Shown piece by piece: positions 50,886-64,000 of a DNA stretch of 64,000 nucleotides. The position numbers were made by a program, and so were the translations under genes. The DNA comes from Azolla caroliniana. Its lineage: Eukaryota; Plantae; Polypodiophyta. The stretch spans positions 8,804,001-8,868,000 of the forward strand of contig JBHGNT010000016.1 of NCBI GenBank assembly GCA_043228905.1, read 5' to 3'. The notes under the pieces were generated by a model. It saw only the letters and a list, made by a program, of their open reading frames with translations, made no database searches and was not told the origin of the DNA. Position 1 is the stretch's first letter. Every line of letters starts with the position of its first letter.

Positions 50886-51230
50886 ACACAAATGCATCAT
50901 CTAGCTAAATAAGATGTGTTGTTTCATGGAACACAGCAGAAAATGATGTAAACTGTATACAAAATATCGCCTTATGAATTTATGTATGTATTTATATTCA
51001 ACTTCAGCAGCAAGACCATTCTTACATTTATGTATGTTTGGATATTTTATTAGCTTGAGTACGCTGGTTTCATGAACAGCATTTATATATTCAATAAAAA
51101 GGAATGTCTAGTGGAATATTGGAATTTGCGATTTGTTTCCTATGCTCTCTCCACCAGAGGAACTGGGATTAAATGCTTTGTTATATGTATAATGCTGGTT
51201 AATTTAGATGTATTTGCTTGTGCATCTTAC

Positions 51231-51428
51231 ACATTTACAACCATGTATTTCATCTTTCACTGCCCATTGGATACATAGTTCAGGCAAGGTGTGAATTTGC
51301 ACATGCATTTTATACAATTTCTAACCATGTATTACATCTCTCACTGCCCATTGTATTGCATTAGAAATTGCTTGGGCGTCCTATACATTTCTACCCATGT
51401 ATCTCATCTCTTGCTGGCCACTGGACAG
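51231..51428. repeat. Three imperfect copies of an about 40-bp motif (ACCATGTAT..CATCT..CTGCCCATTG) downstream of the glutaredoxin
   Basis: Copies near 51231, 51316 and 51386. Confidence 0.6.
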
Positions 51429-52346
51429 TTTCAATAAATGCACTGGACATTATATTGTACCCAGACAAGAATGTCAAATTTTCGACATATGCAAGTTGAA
51501 ACTTATAATTAGTATGCAATAAGAGTCTTAACTCTGAAGGATGGACATTATATAAGGTGATTTTGAAGAAAAAGATGAGAAAATATTTTACAGGGTTGTG
51601 AATACAAGAATTTGAAGAACCAAAGCCTATATTATGAGGTGAATATTGGAGTGGAAAAGCCTTTCACTGTGTGAGGTTGCAAAGGTGAGAAGATTGCTAA
51701 TATATAATTTTCCTGATTAGAGGAACAGCCTCACTGTGCATTGTGAAGGGGAGAAGATTGTGAGGAGACATGGTTTAGAATATTTATAACAGAAAATAAA
51801 CATCTACTTGCCATACCAGTGTGCATATTAGATAGTACATGACAAACTACCACCAGATATAAAAAATATCCGACAGATTTGATTTGAAGTTCGTATATTG
51901 CACATCTAAATGCCAGTACATTTGTCATCCCATGCTGTATTGGGTATCGGTTTGACAAATTTATAGGCATTATATAAATAAAGTCTTGAAAAAATACATT
52001 TCTAATGAACATAACATTTGACATGATACATACTGAAGAACCCTGCGGTGTGTAATAAATAATAATAAATAAAGAATATAATACTTTCTGTCCATATATT
52101 ACAACCCTTGGGTCAGAGCAATGTTCATGAGTTCCTGAGTGTTTATAAGCTTTCATATGAATGTTCTGTGTTGATTGGTAATATCTCACAAGTCTTGACA
52201 AAGCTTTGCAGTATCATTGACTATAAGTTGAATTTCAGATACTTTACATGTGTTTAACTTACACCTCTATATCAAACATGTATACTGATAATCTTTCTAC
52301 AAAGCAATCATCCACATTGAGGTAATCAATCAGGGCTGACTTACCA

Positions 52347-52367
52347 TCAGCCACTGGGTACTGCACT
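52347..52367 (-). CDS. Candidate tiny last coding exon of SIZ1 (SAVPSG*)
   Basis: TTTTGCTTAG acceptor, phase 0 matching the exon ending at 56341, TGA followed by a GTAAGT donor; very short, could be chance. Confidence 0.25.
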   Translation of the reverse strand, partial: SAVPSG

Positions 52368-53249
52368 CTAAGCAAAAGAATAATTCCAAACAGAGCTTCA
52401 TAATGACATCTGCACCATACAAATCAATAACTGGAATGTCAATTGCAACTCCAAAGGAAAAATGATCTATCAAGACAAATTATAAAACCTCAAATCCATA
52501 GGAAATGAGTGGATCACAATTCACCAACCTAATTATAGGTATATCAGCATATTGCTCAAGCATGCATCATATTGAGAAACATTATAACATTATTCTACAA
52601 GTATGTCAAATTGCCAAATGCAATCATAATGACCACATGCAGATATCTATGCACGCTGCACATTGAGAAACATCATTCTCCAGAAAATGCAAATTGCCAA
52701 AATGAAATCATAACAGTCTTGCGCAGATTACTACTGCATAGGCCTTCAGATGCAATACATTGTAAATAGATTGTTAGAAATCTTGAACATGGTCAAAATA
52801 GCCACATACTGTTGATTCGATCACATCAAACAAGATAAATTACCATATGCAATCATATTGGTGGTTTCGTTTATAAACCCCAATGATGTAAGTTGTTTCA
52901 AAAGTAAAGCTGAATTATCTTTACAATATCTCGCCCACCCATGCATAGCATGCTTAATAAACGTGTTACGAGATCTCTAACTCCCCATACGCTGATAATT
53001 ACATGTTCCTGTGAATGATTTTATGATAGACATCATTTGATTTTACATTGGGAAGACACCGACTACCTGTGAATGCCCAATCAACTTCAAGAGTAGATTT
53101 GAGGAATTCTGGACTCAGGTATCACAAAGCTAACACTCCCTGTTTGTTAGACTAAATATGTCTCTAGTTTCTAGAAATTTGAAAACTCAATCTAAGAAGT
53201 CTCACCCTCCCATCCCATTTTTCATGATGTCCACAATACCTCTCTCTAC

Positions 53250-54900
53250 AATTAATTAGCATTCTCCCTTGTCTGTGAGGGACAATATTGCACGCATTTG
53301 AACACACTTTGCACAAAGCCAGCTAGTGTTAAACATCACAGAACATGAACATTTCATTGGCCTATCACTCTTCACTGCATTCCACAAAGAGGCTGCTATC
53401 TTCATTTTTCCAAATGTGATCTCTGCTTTCTCTATAATAAGCGCAACCATTTCCACCCAAGGTTGTTTACCCTGACGGCTAAAACATAGCTTGTGAAAAA
53501 AAAATCTCTAAGGCAAACATATGTTCATACAGATTCAATATTGAAGCAACCCCAATTTCTTTGGAATGCTAATATGATTCCATGCAACCCAAGGAAGACC
53601 CATTTTCTCCTTCTATAACGTTAACCACAATACCAATGATAAAAATTCAATGTCTCTTTTAGACCACAGTAACAAATGCAGGTAGTATGATATCATAGGA
53701 ACCATTATTGACTGTATCGCTTTAAGACATGCACAAAGTTGCTAATCCTACAAATTCCAAGATATAACTTGTTCTAAATCCTTCAGTAGATCTAGTGGAT
53801 AAGGCTCGCATTTGACGCCTTCATTCTAATTGGATAACCTAAATGTCTGCAAATCATAATCTGCAACCAAAAGTTACTCCTAACCAACCGAGACTGTACA
53901 TATCCCTAATCATTACATCAAATAAGAACTGATTTATCCATGTTAATCTTCAAATCTGAAGACACAGTAAAGAGTTCCCACATGTTTATTGCTTTAGAAA
54001 TGTTGGTACGTGATATGCCCAAAAACAGAAATGTGCCATATGGTAATGCCTGCACAAAGTATGGATCTGGATCTCTTGATGGTAATGAGATTCATATCAC
54101 TCTCCTCCCATCACCATATCATGTAACATTCTTAAACACAGGATATACTACAATGGCAAACAGAAGGGGATTCATCGGGCAACCGTATCCTAATGATTTA
54201 TGAATTGAGATGGTTCAGTAGCTCCTCCATTGATCATGACATGTGAGATTGATACTTTTCCACAAAGTATATGTTAATCTTGACATCCGCTCACGAAAAC
54301 ACATTTGAGTTATTAAGTCATTTACAAACAGCCACTTCCTTTTTTGGGTTCAAGTTCTATCATGACTGCCTCTCTCTTCTTTGTGATAAGCCCATATTGG
54401 GCTTTATTTCTGCAATCACTTTGCCATTATCTTTGCAAAAAGGTTAAAAAATTCCCCCATCAATAAAACAGGACGCCATTCAGAAAACGAGGTAGGAGAT
54501 GGAGTTTTAGGTAAGCGCTTTATTAAACCAACTTTCCATGTGTGAAGCATATGACCCAAACTCCAAATTTGCTGAAATAAACATGTGAGAGGTGTCTTCT
54601 ACTCTTAAAGAACTCATTTATTAAGCCATCCCACCCAAGGCTTTTATGATTAGAGAGGTGTAATATGGCTGCCTCCCCATCATTCTCTATAATATCCACA
54701 GCGAGCATTTCTGCAATTTCCATGGACACATGCTTTCTCACTCTGACTGTAAAGGAACTTCGCTCTTGACCCACACTGTTGTCACCAATAGGCTCAAAAA
54801 TAAAATAGATTCATAAACTAGACACAATGATATGAGGTTCCATATACATGACTCCATCTACTTCTCCTTGCACCATATTATAGCTTGCATGTGCTTGATG
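53250..54900 (-). mobile_element. Decayed L1-type LINE fragments
   Basis: KSLGWDGLINEFFK and WKVGLIKRLPK..WRPV (RT N-terminus, about 54400-54660); WVAWNHISIPKKLG (about 53550-53595). Confidence 0.7.
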
Positions 54901-55815
54901 GAGAGCATGGAACAAGAACTTTGTTCATTTTATATTCATAGCCTGGCTTGTAATTCATGGATTGAAATTCCTGTAGGGAAGGCGATAAAATAGCTTGAGC
55001 TTCCAGTAGAGCATGGAAAAAGAATATTCTTCATTTTATATTCACAAGCTTGCTGGTAATTCCTCAATTGAAATTTGTGTAGGTAAGTGAATAAAATGGC
55101 CTGAGCTTCTGGTTGAGCATGGAAAGGGAAGTAGATAAAATGGGTTGAGCTTCCAAGAAGCATTGCATTACATATTTTCCTAATATGAGTCAAGGTGCCT
55201 AATTTGTCGGGAAGCATCCCTTGGCCACAAAGCCAGCATTGCTATATCTTTCCATAATATGAATCAAGTTACCTAATTTCTGTCTTCTATGAGAGGCATT
55301 TTGGATTCATCAACATTTCTAAAAGGATATGTATCACCTATATCTTTATAAGGCCATCATTTGTATCCTTTACCCTAGAACCCAAAGATAACAGAGTGAG
55401 AGTATTTAGCTGTTTCAAAAGTAAAGCTGGAGTACTTTTGCAATGTCTCCAGAAGATTCATCCACGTTTCTACAAGGATACATATCCCATATACATTTAC
55501 AAGGCCAACATGTGTATCTTTATTCTAGAGCCATAAGATACTAGTAGCATGAAGAGACTTTCATTTCTGTTGAAGAGCCTTGCACTGACTTCTTTAACTT
55601 TTTTTCTTATAAAGATGAGGTAGTTTCATGCCTTTGTTTAAGGGGTCAATCAGAAAATCAAAAATCATTTAATAGACCTCGAACAAGACCATTTCAGTCA
55701 TCAATAAATGTTCGTAGACAATTTCGTAATTAGTGGACATGCACAATAGGCCATGATCAGCCAGTCAAGGTTGGCTTCATAACATAAATGTTGTAGCACA
55801 GACTCGTGTTCATGC

Positions 55816-56179
55816 TGGGGGTTCATGAAATTCAAGATTTAGTCCCTTATTTCCTAATATACATGATAAAAAGAAGAATATAAGCAACCATTAAGGTCAG
55901 AGATTATCGCCGACAATGGAAATGCCTAGATTTACTTAAATACAAAGAGGCTACCCTTTCCATTTTAAATTCTTACAGCCTCTTTATATCAGATTTTGGG
56001 GGTTCATGAAATCAAGATTTAGTCCTTTTATGTCCTAATATACATGATAAAAAGCAGAATATAAGCAACCATCAAGGTCAGAGATTATTGCTGTTCACTG
56101 GCAATGCCTAGATTTACTTAAGAACAACAAAGCTATCCATTCCATTTTAAATTCCTACAGCCCCTTTATATCAGATTTT
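55816..56179. repeat. Tandem duplication of an about 181-bp unit
   Basis: Units start at 55816 and 55997 (TGGGGGTTCATGAAAT..TTTATATCAGATTTT). Confidence 0.88.
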
Positions 56180-56340
56180 ACACTTGCATCAATTAAACTG
56201 TGTACCTAACACCACCAAACAGTCCCATTTGTAAAAAGATTGCCAAACATAGTGGACGAGTTTCAGAATTACTTATTAAATTAATCAGAATCCATATTAG
56301 CTGAAAAATAGTTCGTTGAGTAGTTAGCAAGTTGACTCAC

Positions 56341-59300
56341 TGTAGTTTGGTTAATTGTACTTTGTATGCAGATATCTCCATCAGTCCTAGTCACATGATT
56401 TCCAAAGTCCAATAGCACTGGATCTGCATAAAAACCCAAATTTGATTCATGAACCGTACATCTAAGAAAATTTTATTGATTTAAGAATTTTATCTCACCT
56501 GAACCAATGACAGGATCTAAAGGCACTCTTTGATGAGATAATTTATGTGGAGGTGCCACATCACAAAGTGATCCATTTCCACCTAAACTCAAAGAGAACC
56601 ATTCTTGTAAGCTATCATCAGGAACCACCAGGGGCTCACGTGTGGCTGGCTTGTCTGCATATCTCGCTGGTTGTTGAGGTAGAAATATTCGTAAAGATGA
56701 ATCACTTGAAGCTGGTCCCCCTGTATCCTCTCCGTATTGAGTTTGGCAATCAACACCCATAAAATTCTGAGTTTCCAAATTACACTCATCATATGGCATA
56801 CCATTGTGTACCCCTGTCTGTTCGTTAGAGGCAACATATAGGGATTCATGCGATTGAGCAGATCCTAGATGTGGCATGTGGTAATTTTGTCTTGTGATAG
56901 GGACAGCAGGCAAAGGACTAAATAACTCAAAGGAAACATTGTGTGTTTCTATAGGCCAGAAAGCTCCTGAATCTGGGGGATGATAAGAATTCCCTTTGCT
57001 TGTGCTGAAGAAGTCTAAAGGCATACTTGTGTTTCCCAAGAAATTACTAAATTCAGTTGAAGGAATTGCTCCTGAAGCAGGTTGAAGACCAAATCCTCCC
57101 TCAAAAGCACTGCTTCCATTTACATTCACATCTGGCATGAAACCTGTTCTAGATTCCATATTGTACTCATTTAGATTATCCTCCTCTGTATCACTCAGGA
57201 TAATTATATCTAGAAATTTTGGCTGGTCTGGATCACTGGAAACCAGCGCATTAGACCAACCAGTTTCTGACAATTCTGCAGGCATTGAACTAACTTCTAC
57301 TTCATTTCTTCTCAACTCAATGGGAGGTTCAGCAGGTTCCTGATTCACACTAGAATCCTCATTGCTACCTGTGGCTGTACTGTTCTGAGACACTGCACAA
57401 TTCTGTATAATTTCTTGTCTATAAATGATATTATTATCAATTATTTCATTGCCAGCATCCATTGCAACCCCACTGACATTCCAAGTCTCATCACGACTCC
57501 TCTTCAACCCCATCTTGAATGACGCCATTTCATTAGACAAACCTTCTTCTACTTTCACTGCAGATAAAATTTCTGGACAGCCTGTGAGCTTGTTCGTTGA
57601 GGTTATTACACCATCAGGTGAACGCCAAAACTCAGGATTCAAATCTCCTTCTAGTTTAGGACGCCAATACCCATCAGGCTTCATTTCAATTTCTGTTACA
57701 TCCTCTCCATAGCCTTTCAACTGTATAAATTTACCTCATTCAGACATAGATGACAAAACAGAGGATTCTGAAGGACAAAATAAAATTGACCTTATGTTTT
57801 ACTTACAGCTTGGGCAATACGGTTGAAAACAGGATCAATAATAAGATCATTCAAAGTGTAATTCTTCAAGCAAATAGGACACTGCCACTGAAACAGAATT
57901 TTAATTGAATTTATGAGAATCGACATTTCAATGATGAAAATCTGGCATATTGCTGATAATCACTATTGAGGTTTAAGAGGCAACAAGTGAAGCATAAAGC
58001 ATTACCTTGCGGGCTCTCTGGTTAAGCTCCACAAAAGTACGCAGATCAAAACAACCCATATGCATGCAAGGCTTGAATCTCCCTGCCATCTTCATTCTGG
58101 AACCACTCATCTACATTTGGAAGTAAATGAGTTTTACTGTTGGTGTATATACAAAAATAATTTAACAGCATTTTATATTCATTCTTATGGAAATTCTGAA
58201 CTAAAATTTGGTAGATACTAGAGTAAAACTTACAGGACATCGAAGATTCACAATGACACTCTCTGATACAATTTCGATATCACTATCACTATCATCATCA
58301 GTAGCAGGACATCCAACCACACAACGGCGCACACGTGAAAGGGCTAGATCAAAAGATTCTCCTTGTTCTTCACTTGGAATGGAGCTAAAAACCTGTAGAT
58401 CGTTTCATAGTTGAAATTTGTCCAAAATAAAGTTAGCATACATTCAAAAATATCCCAATAAAGTATTTATGTCAGATCTCACCTGGTCAACTGTCAACCG
58501 CTGAATAACTCTAACTCCTAAGCAAAAACTCCGTGCATCATAGGCAGAGAAAGAGATTCTATTTATACCTTCTCGTATGTAATCAGTTATCTGCAACACC
58601 ATGTTTTAACTCTTCAGTCGAGTCTGGATTATGTCAGAGCTTAGAACCTAACAACTATAATAGAGGGAGAGAACTCTTTATACATACTCTTATAATCTAC
58701 CAAAACTCAGAAAAGTAGCCAAACCTTACCACAGGTCCATCATCACGCCCATTCAAGCCTAGTTTTTGCTGACCTGGCCTATTAGTTACTCGAACAGAAT
58801 CACCTATAACATACACCTACGGATTCAGAACCATATAAAATTCCTTCACTGTTCTTGTACTGTAATTGACATCAATACAATAATCACCATTTACTCGCAA
58901 ATCAGCCTTAAGAGGCCAGTGCATTCGGAATGCAACTTCATCACCAAGAAGCACACACCAAACCTGCAGTAAATAGCAAGTATATGAGGACACAAAAAGC
59001 TTAATTGTGGCCTTTACAAGGAGAGATCATATAGAAAAAAATCTAAATCGCCATTTTAAGTGCACATATCACCTGGAGATCACAGCCTGGATTCTTCAAA
59101 CGTTCTCGTTCAAAACGATTAAGCATGAATGTTGCTTCCAAATTCTGCATTATACTGCTCAAGAGCCAAAACAATATTTCATATAAAACAAACGATCTCT
59201 CATGACACATCATCAGCAAAAAACCATCACAACTTTGCCATGCTACAATTCAATAAAGGGTTACAAGTAGGGTCTCAACCACAACAATCAAAAAGGGTCA

Positions 59301-62300
59301 TGAAATTTTGGTCAAAAGAAGTTTGTTGTGCACATCAGCCACATCCATCTGAACCATGGGGCCATCACCCTTTTATCAATAAATCGGAGCCATTATCACC
59401 AAAGATTGATTGTGCTATCCTCTCTTTGGAGACCTCTTGGATAGGCCCATGTTGGAGAAATTTGGAAGACAGAAATTTCAGTGCCTCTGAGCTCACTGCA
59501 TTAAGCGCTAAGCTAGCAGGAATATCTGATACCTTATCTTGTTATATTTATTTTGATTTGCTATTCTCTAAGATGAGACAAAATTTTAACATGCAATCAA
59601 TTGTTTGCCACTGCTGTTTTTTAAGTGGAAGATACCACTGTTTCAACCAAGGGTTTGGTCCACTCCACAAGGTAATAGAATACAAAGAAGACCAATGATG
59701 CTTGGAAATGTTCTTGCTAGAAATCAAGAGACATAGAAAGAAGTTATTGAAGGAAAAAATAACCATGAAACCTCATCGACAAAGAGCCATTCAACTTTCT
59801 TTATATCCATCACTCTCGTACTAAGTCAATCAAGAACTAAACGAGTAAAGTCTAGACCAAAACATTCAGTAGATGCAGCCCATGTTGAAAATCTTTTGAA
59901 GGCAGAAGTTTCAATCCATCTACGTTCAGAATCTTACATGCTTAGAAAGCAAGAATAACCAGTACTATCAGCAGTTTTACTAATTTAATTATAATTATTT
60001 CAGCCTCTTTTTCTCAAAGCTGTGAAGTTTCAGAGATCATTTGAAGGCAGAAGTTTCTTTTTCTCAAAGATATGAAGTTTCAGTGTCGTCCACATTGATG
60101 TTTTTCAAAGGCAGAAGTTTCAGACCATCTAAGCTCAGAATGTTAAGTTCTTAGGTAGTGACAAAATCTGGTACCATAGGCAGTTTTACAAATTTAATTA
60201 TATCTATGTTGGTTTGTTTTTCTCAAAGATATGACAACATTTTAAGATGTGGTCTCCCACTCAGTCTCATTGGCTATTTTGACCTCTTAAAAGGCATTAA
60301 TGTAACTATTTTTCGTGCCTTCTTTCTTTTAGTAGCTCTATTCTATTCCATGTACAGATGAGGAATCATAAGAAATCATAGTAAGGTTTTTGGGGTCTCG
60401 CAGGTCACTGTAGCACCTTCAGAAACATTAATACATTCTTTTCTTCTTCACAAAAATGATTCAAACTCTTGACTGATCTTAGTAAATGCAATATTAAAAA
60501 TTGCTTTTATGAACGCAAAGCGTACTTCACATAGTGATAGATGGCCATGTGGAGGTCAAAACATGAATTTTGTGCCTAAACCACTTAATCCTTGTGTTTG
60601 AGCATAATATTCCATTGTGTGCAAAAATTGTTTTCATAAGTTTTGTTGAGTTTTTCACGTTCAACTGTAATTGGTTAATGTTGTGGTATAAGAATGGTAC
60701 CAACATCAAAACTGCAAATTATACTCCCTAGGATCAACCATTTAAGAGTGGACACTACTTTAACTAGATTTAAAAATGGAAGATTTGGTGTACGGAACGT
60801 AGCTTGCTCTTCTTTCTGCTCACAAAAAGTGCCTCTTAGCTGAATAGTCAAAGAAATTATTGCATTAGCATAATCTCAAATGAATGTTCTATCAAGACTC
60901 GGTATGTGAAGGATTGCTGCCGCTCCTCAACATTTCTTGGTCTCCCCTCTATGATATGGAATCCAATCAGAGTGATAGGTCAAATGGGAATTGTTCCATA
61001 GGATATTTAAATACATGTATGAAGAGTATACACTGGGAGGTTGATTCTTGGAGCTGGGGGATTGCTAGTGAATCAAAACACCCATTATCTTAGCTATCTG
61101 ATTAGTACATCCATTAACTTCAAGTTAGAGTTTCAGCTCCTAAGGAGGAAGACAGCACAATAGATCAATTAGTGACATTAACATATCAAGCCCCTTACAT
61201 ATTATAAACCTCTTCCCTCTTGTTTGAGCCACCAACTTATTCCTTTCCCTTCACATAAACACCCCTCTCAGATAATTACCCGAAGTAAGAACAGTGTTGA
61301 CTGCAAGTGGGAAAATTTTCGACTCTAAGACGGAATCATACAACTTACCCCCCTTCTGCAGCATAAAGGAAAGAGGCTGTAGTCTTGGTTGGCAATAGTG
61401 GATGAGAAACTGAGAGACAAAACCTGCAGAAAAGATGCCGTAAGTTTCCATACTAAACAAAAAGATAAAGATAAATGAGTGAATTTGCCATCAAAATTAT
61501 AAAATTACAGCCAGCATAATCAATGGATTATATTTGATCTGAACGCTTACGGATCTCCGTTCTTCACACGGCATATTTCACAGAAAAAATGGGTCGGGAT
61601 TTGAGGCTTCATCCCCTCCTTCTCTGGAACGATTACACAATAAACATGTTGCCACACCAAACAGCTGGGATCTTCGCACTGCAACAAAAAATAGAACACA
61701 GTATAAATCGTCAACCAAGAAATTAAGAAGCCTAATCATGTTCCTATACAAAAACATGGTGTTAACGCCCCATTTGGCAGATCCTCATATTGCATTAAAA
61801 TTTCAATCCCTAGAGTAAAACATAAATCAAAGATTGCAAACAAGCAAGGTGAAAAGAGAGAGTGCACCTGTATCATATTATTTGAGCCAACTGAATTGCC
61901 ACATGGGCAACGAGTAGATTCAAGATGTTTTTTCACATCCTCCAGTTCACATAATTGAGGCTGATTACAAGAACCATGTCTTGCACTTCCAATGTTTGTA
62001 GCCAAATCTGGGGCACCAAATTGACGCACCCTGAAAGTTAAACAGCATGACATAACATTTACGGCCCCCATGAGAAAGAGAAACAACGGGGAATATAAAG
62101 TAGCAAAAAAGCAGACAACTCGTTACTTTCATTTAGAAACCAGATATGATTTCTTATTCTGAAATTCCTTAAATTGTAAATCACAAAACAGATGATAATG
62201 GTTCAGGATCAAATCTCCATTTCTACCATCTTCTATCATACGTCAAGGATCTTCACATATAGTCTTGCACACCTCATGCAATAATTCAGTATATGCAGCA

Positions 62301-63944
62301 ACTTGGACAAATATTTATAATGGTAAAGAAAATGTTCTCCTATGGAGCAACTTGAACAAATGTCTTTCAGATTTCTCCTAAGTTCCAGTCTAATGGGTCT
62401 GTGGAAAAGATGAAAGCAAGTCTAATCGCTGAAGAAATGGGCAGCGGAAGGGAGAGGGTTTTGAGGTAACATTTTCTTTGACTGCAAGACTCAAGCCATC
62501 CTAACAATATCTGCATACCAGATGGATGCAATATATATGTGAAAAGTTATATATGTATATAATGTGTATATACATATATAGGTATATAGGTATATGTATA
62601 TATACATAGGTGTATGTGTATATACATATATAGGTATATATGTATATGCATATATATACATAGATGTATGTGTATATACTTATATATGTGTATATGTGTA
62701 TATGTGTATATGTGTATATGTGTATATGTGTATATGTGTATATGTGTATATGTGTAAATAGGTATCTGTGTATATATTGATTACAACCATAGAGAGGGAA
62801 TCTTTCCTCATGATCTCCGAGTCTCTAAACTTCTCTTAGAATTCTGAGATCCAGCACTTTCAAGCCACCAAGAGCATCCAAAATCAACGAATAATAGATA
62901 ATGGAGTAACAAACCTGTATATCTCATCTATAACCTTAGCAACCTTCTCACGATTCAAAGTGTGTCTTGAAGACCAGTTTTCAAGCTTCAAACCTGCCAC
63001 TACATTACATTCAACATGCAAAAGAGAATAAGTAGAAGATATTGGAAACTACAGAAATGGAATACCAAAAACACACAGAACTAAAGCAATGAAGAAAGAG
63101 TACCCATGGGATTGAGTTGCTGGCTCTCTTGGAGAAGGATTACTGCCATTATTTTGTCTATTAGTGCCTGCTTGTGCAAATAATTGTTATCACCGATTAA
63201 ATTATCAATTGGAAACTCAAATATCTTCCACATAATTAAATCAAATTCATGCACCTGCTTTTTTCCCTGCTTTGCTGCACCAATGCGTGAAAGCACATCT
63301 TTCAACTCCTTTATACGAAATGTTTCCAATTTTTTCTGCCAAGAATAAATTACATGTACAAAGAACAAAATCATGATATGTCTTCTTTGTAGAGACGACT
63401 ACGCAGGTTCAAAGAAATAACACTTCATTGTGAGATTCCATTAAGGTAGATTGACAGATGAGCTAACATGCCAAGCATATTGTAAACTTTGTACATTTAG
63501 CCTGCGCTGTGCAGTTAGAAAATAAATGATGTTTCACATTCTGAGCATGATAATATGGGAGTGCCTACCAAAGTGATAAATCAATACATACTGCATTTTT
63601 TTCAATATTGCAAATCTACGCATAGCCAGAATGTAAAGCTAACATGCACGTTCAGTAGCTAAATGATGCTTAGAGGCCATGTGTCAACACATACGGAATC
63701 CTTATCTAAGTAATGAATCAAGAGTCACTATTTTTCCTTTTTGCAGGTTTAGGCATATAGCTGGCATGAAAGCCTAACAGAATTTTTCTATACTGCAAAT
63801 CTAAGCAAAGCCAAATATAAACCTATCTTGCACATCCTGTAGATCCATGATGCAAAATCTACCTGAGAATTGAAAATCTACTTTGAAAAATTAAGCACAG
63901 TCAGCATGCAAATTTACCTTGGACTGTATATCCAGTAGATCCAT
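56341..63944 (-). CDS. SIZ1: SUMO E3 ligase SIZ1-like (SAP, PHD, PINIT, SP-RING/zf-MIZ); 3' end not resolved
   Basis: GT-AG exons 63918-63944 (MDLLDIQSK), 63255-63335 ([10 protein letters not shown]), 63104-63167, 62915-62993, 61868-62030 (RCPCG), 61551-61678 (WQHVYC..FCEICR), 61349-61423, 59073-59154, 58888-58963 (FRMHWP), 58730-58803 (GLNGRDDGP), 58483-58590, 58234-58392 (VNLRCP), 58006-58110 ([14 protein letters not shown]), 57807-57887 ([10 protein letters not shown]), 56499-57720 and 56341-56423. Confidence 0.93.
62531..62780. repeat. TA-rich compound microsatellite including (TGTGTATA)n in a SIZ1 intron
   Basis: 8-bp unit repeated at about 62686-62756 within a TA/TG low-complexity tract. 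Confidence 0.9.
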
Positions 63945-64000
63945 GATCCTTAAGGACAGATTTCCATACATCACAGATGTCTACTTACGTAATGAATCAA

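Noticed and set aside
51731-52201. 156-aa ORF between the two genes
   Set aside because: AT-rich, non-ATG start, no protein motif; likely chance.
59129-59766. 189-aa plus-strand ORF and neighbours inside a SIZ1 intron
   Set aside because: No recognisable domain; antisense to SIZ1; probably a decayed repeat.

Overview
Eukaryotic (land-plant, most likely non-seed plant such as a fern or lycophyte; inferred from retrotransposon types) genomic window. Positions 1-~46,900 are a nested pile of decayed transposons. It holds two Tcn1/Tf1-sushi-like chromoviruses (1168-6850, 11465-16789) and an old minus-strand non-chromovirus Gypsy with an extra 3' ORF (about 8150-25700) that hosts two insertions. 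It also holds two rearranged copies of a Reina/Tekay-like chromovirus (18669-24816, 27146-38869) and two Copia elements. The right part carries two convergent host genes: a 4-exon CPFC glutaredoxin (47579-50885, +) and a SIZ1-type SUMO E3 ligase (63944 to at least 56341, -). Four observations stand out. (i) Both Tcn1-like families carry an antisense tRNA-like A-box/B-box module with identical 34-nt spacing at the start of otherwise dissimilar LTRs, together with Tf1-type self-priming and a -1 frameshift pseudoknot. (ii) One LTR family repeatedly folds back at the same LTR site, giving a 291-bp-arm hairpin. (iii) That family also yields a stand-alone 280-bp palindromic element made of two U5 ends, with TG..CA termini and a 5-bp TSD. 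(iv) An 882-bp mini LTR element with a 4-bp TSD and tRNA-Ala-like PBS sits in a glutaredoxin intron. All alignments were done by eye; lineage names are inferences from motifs.
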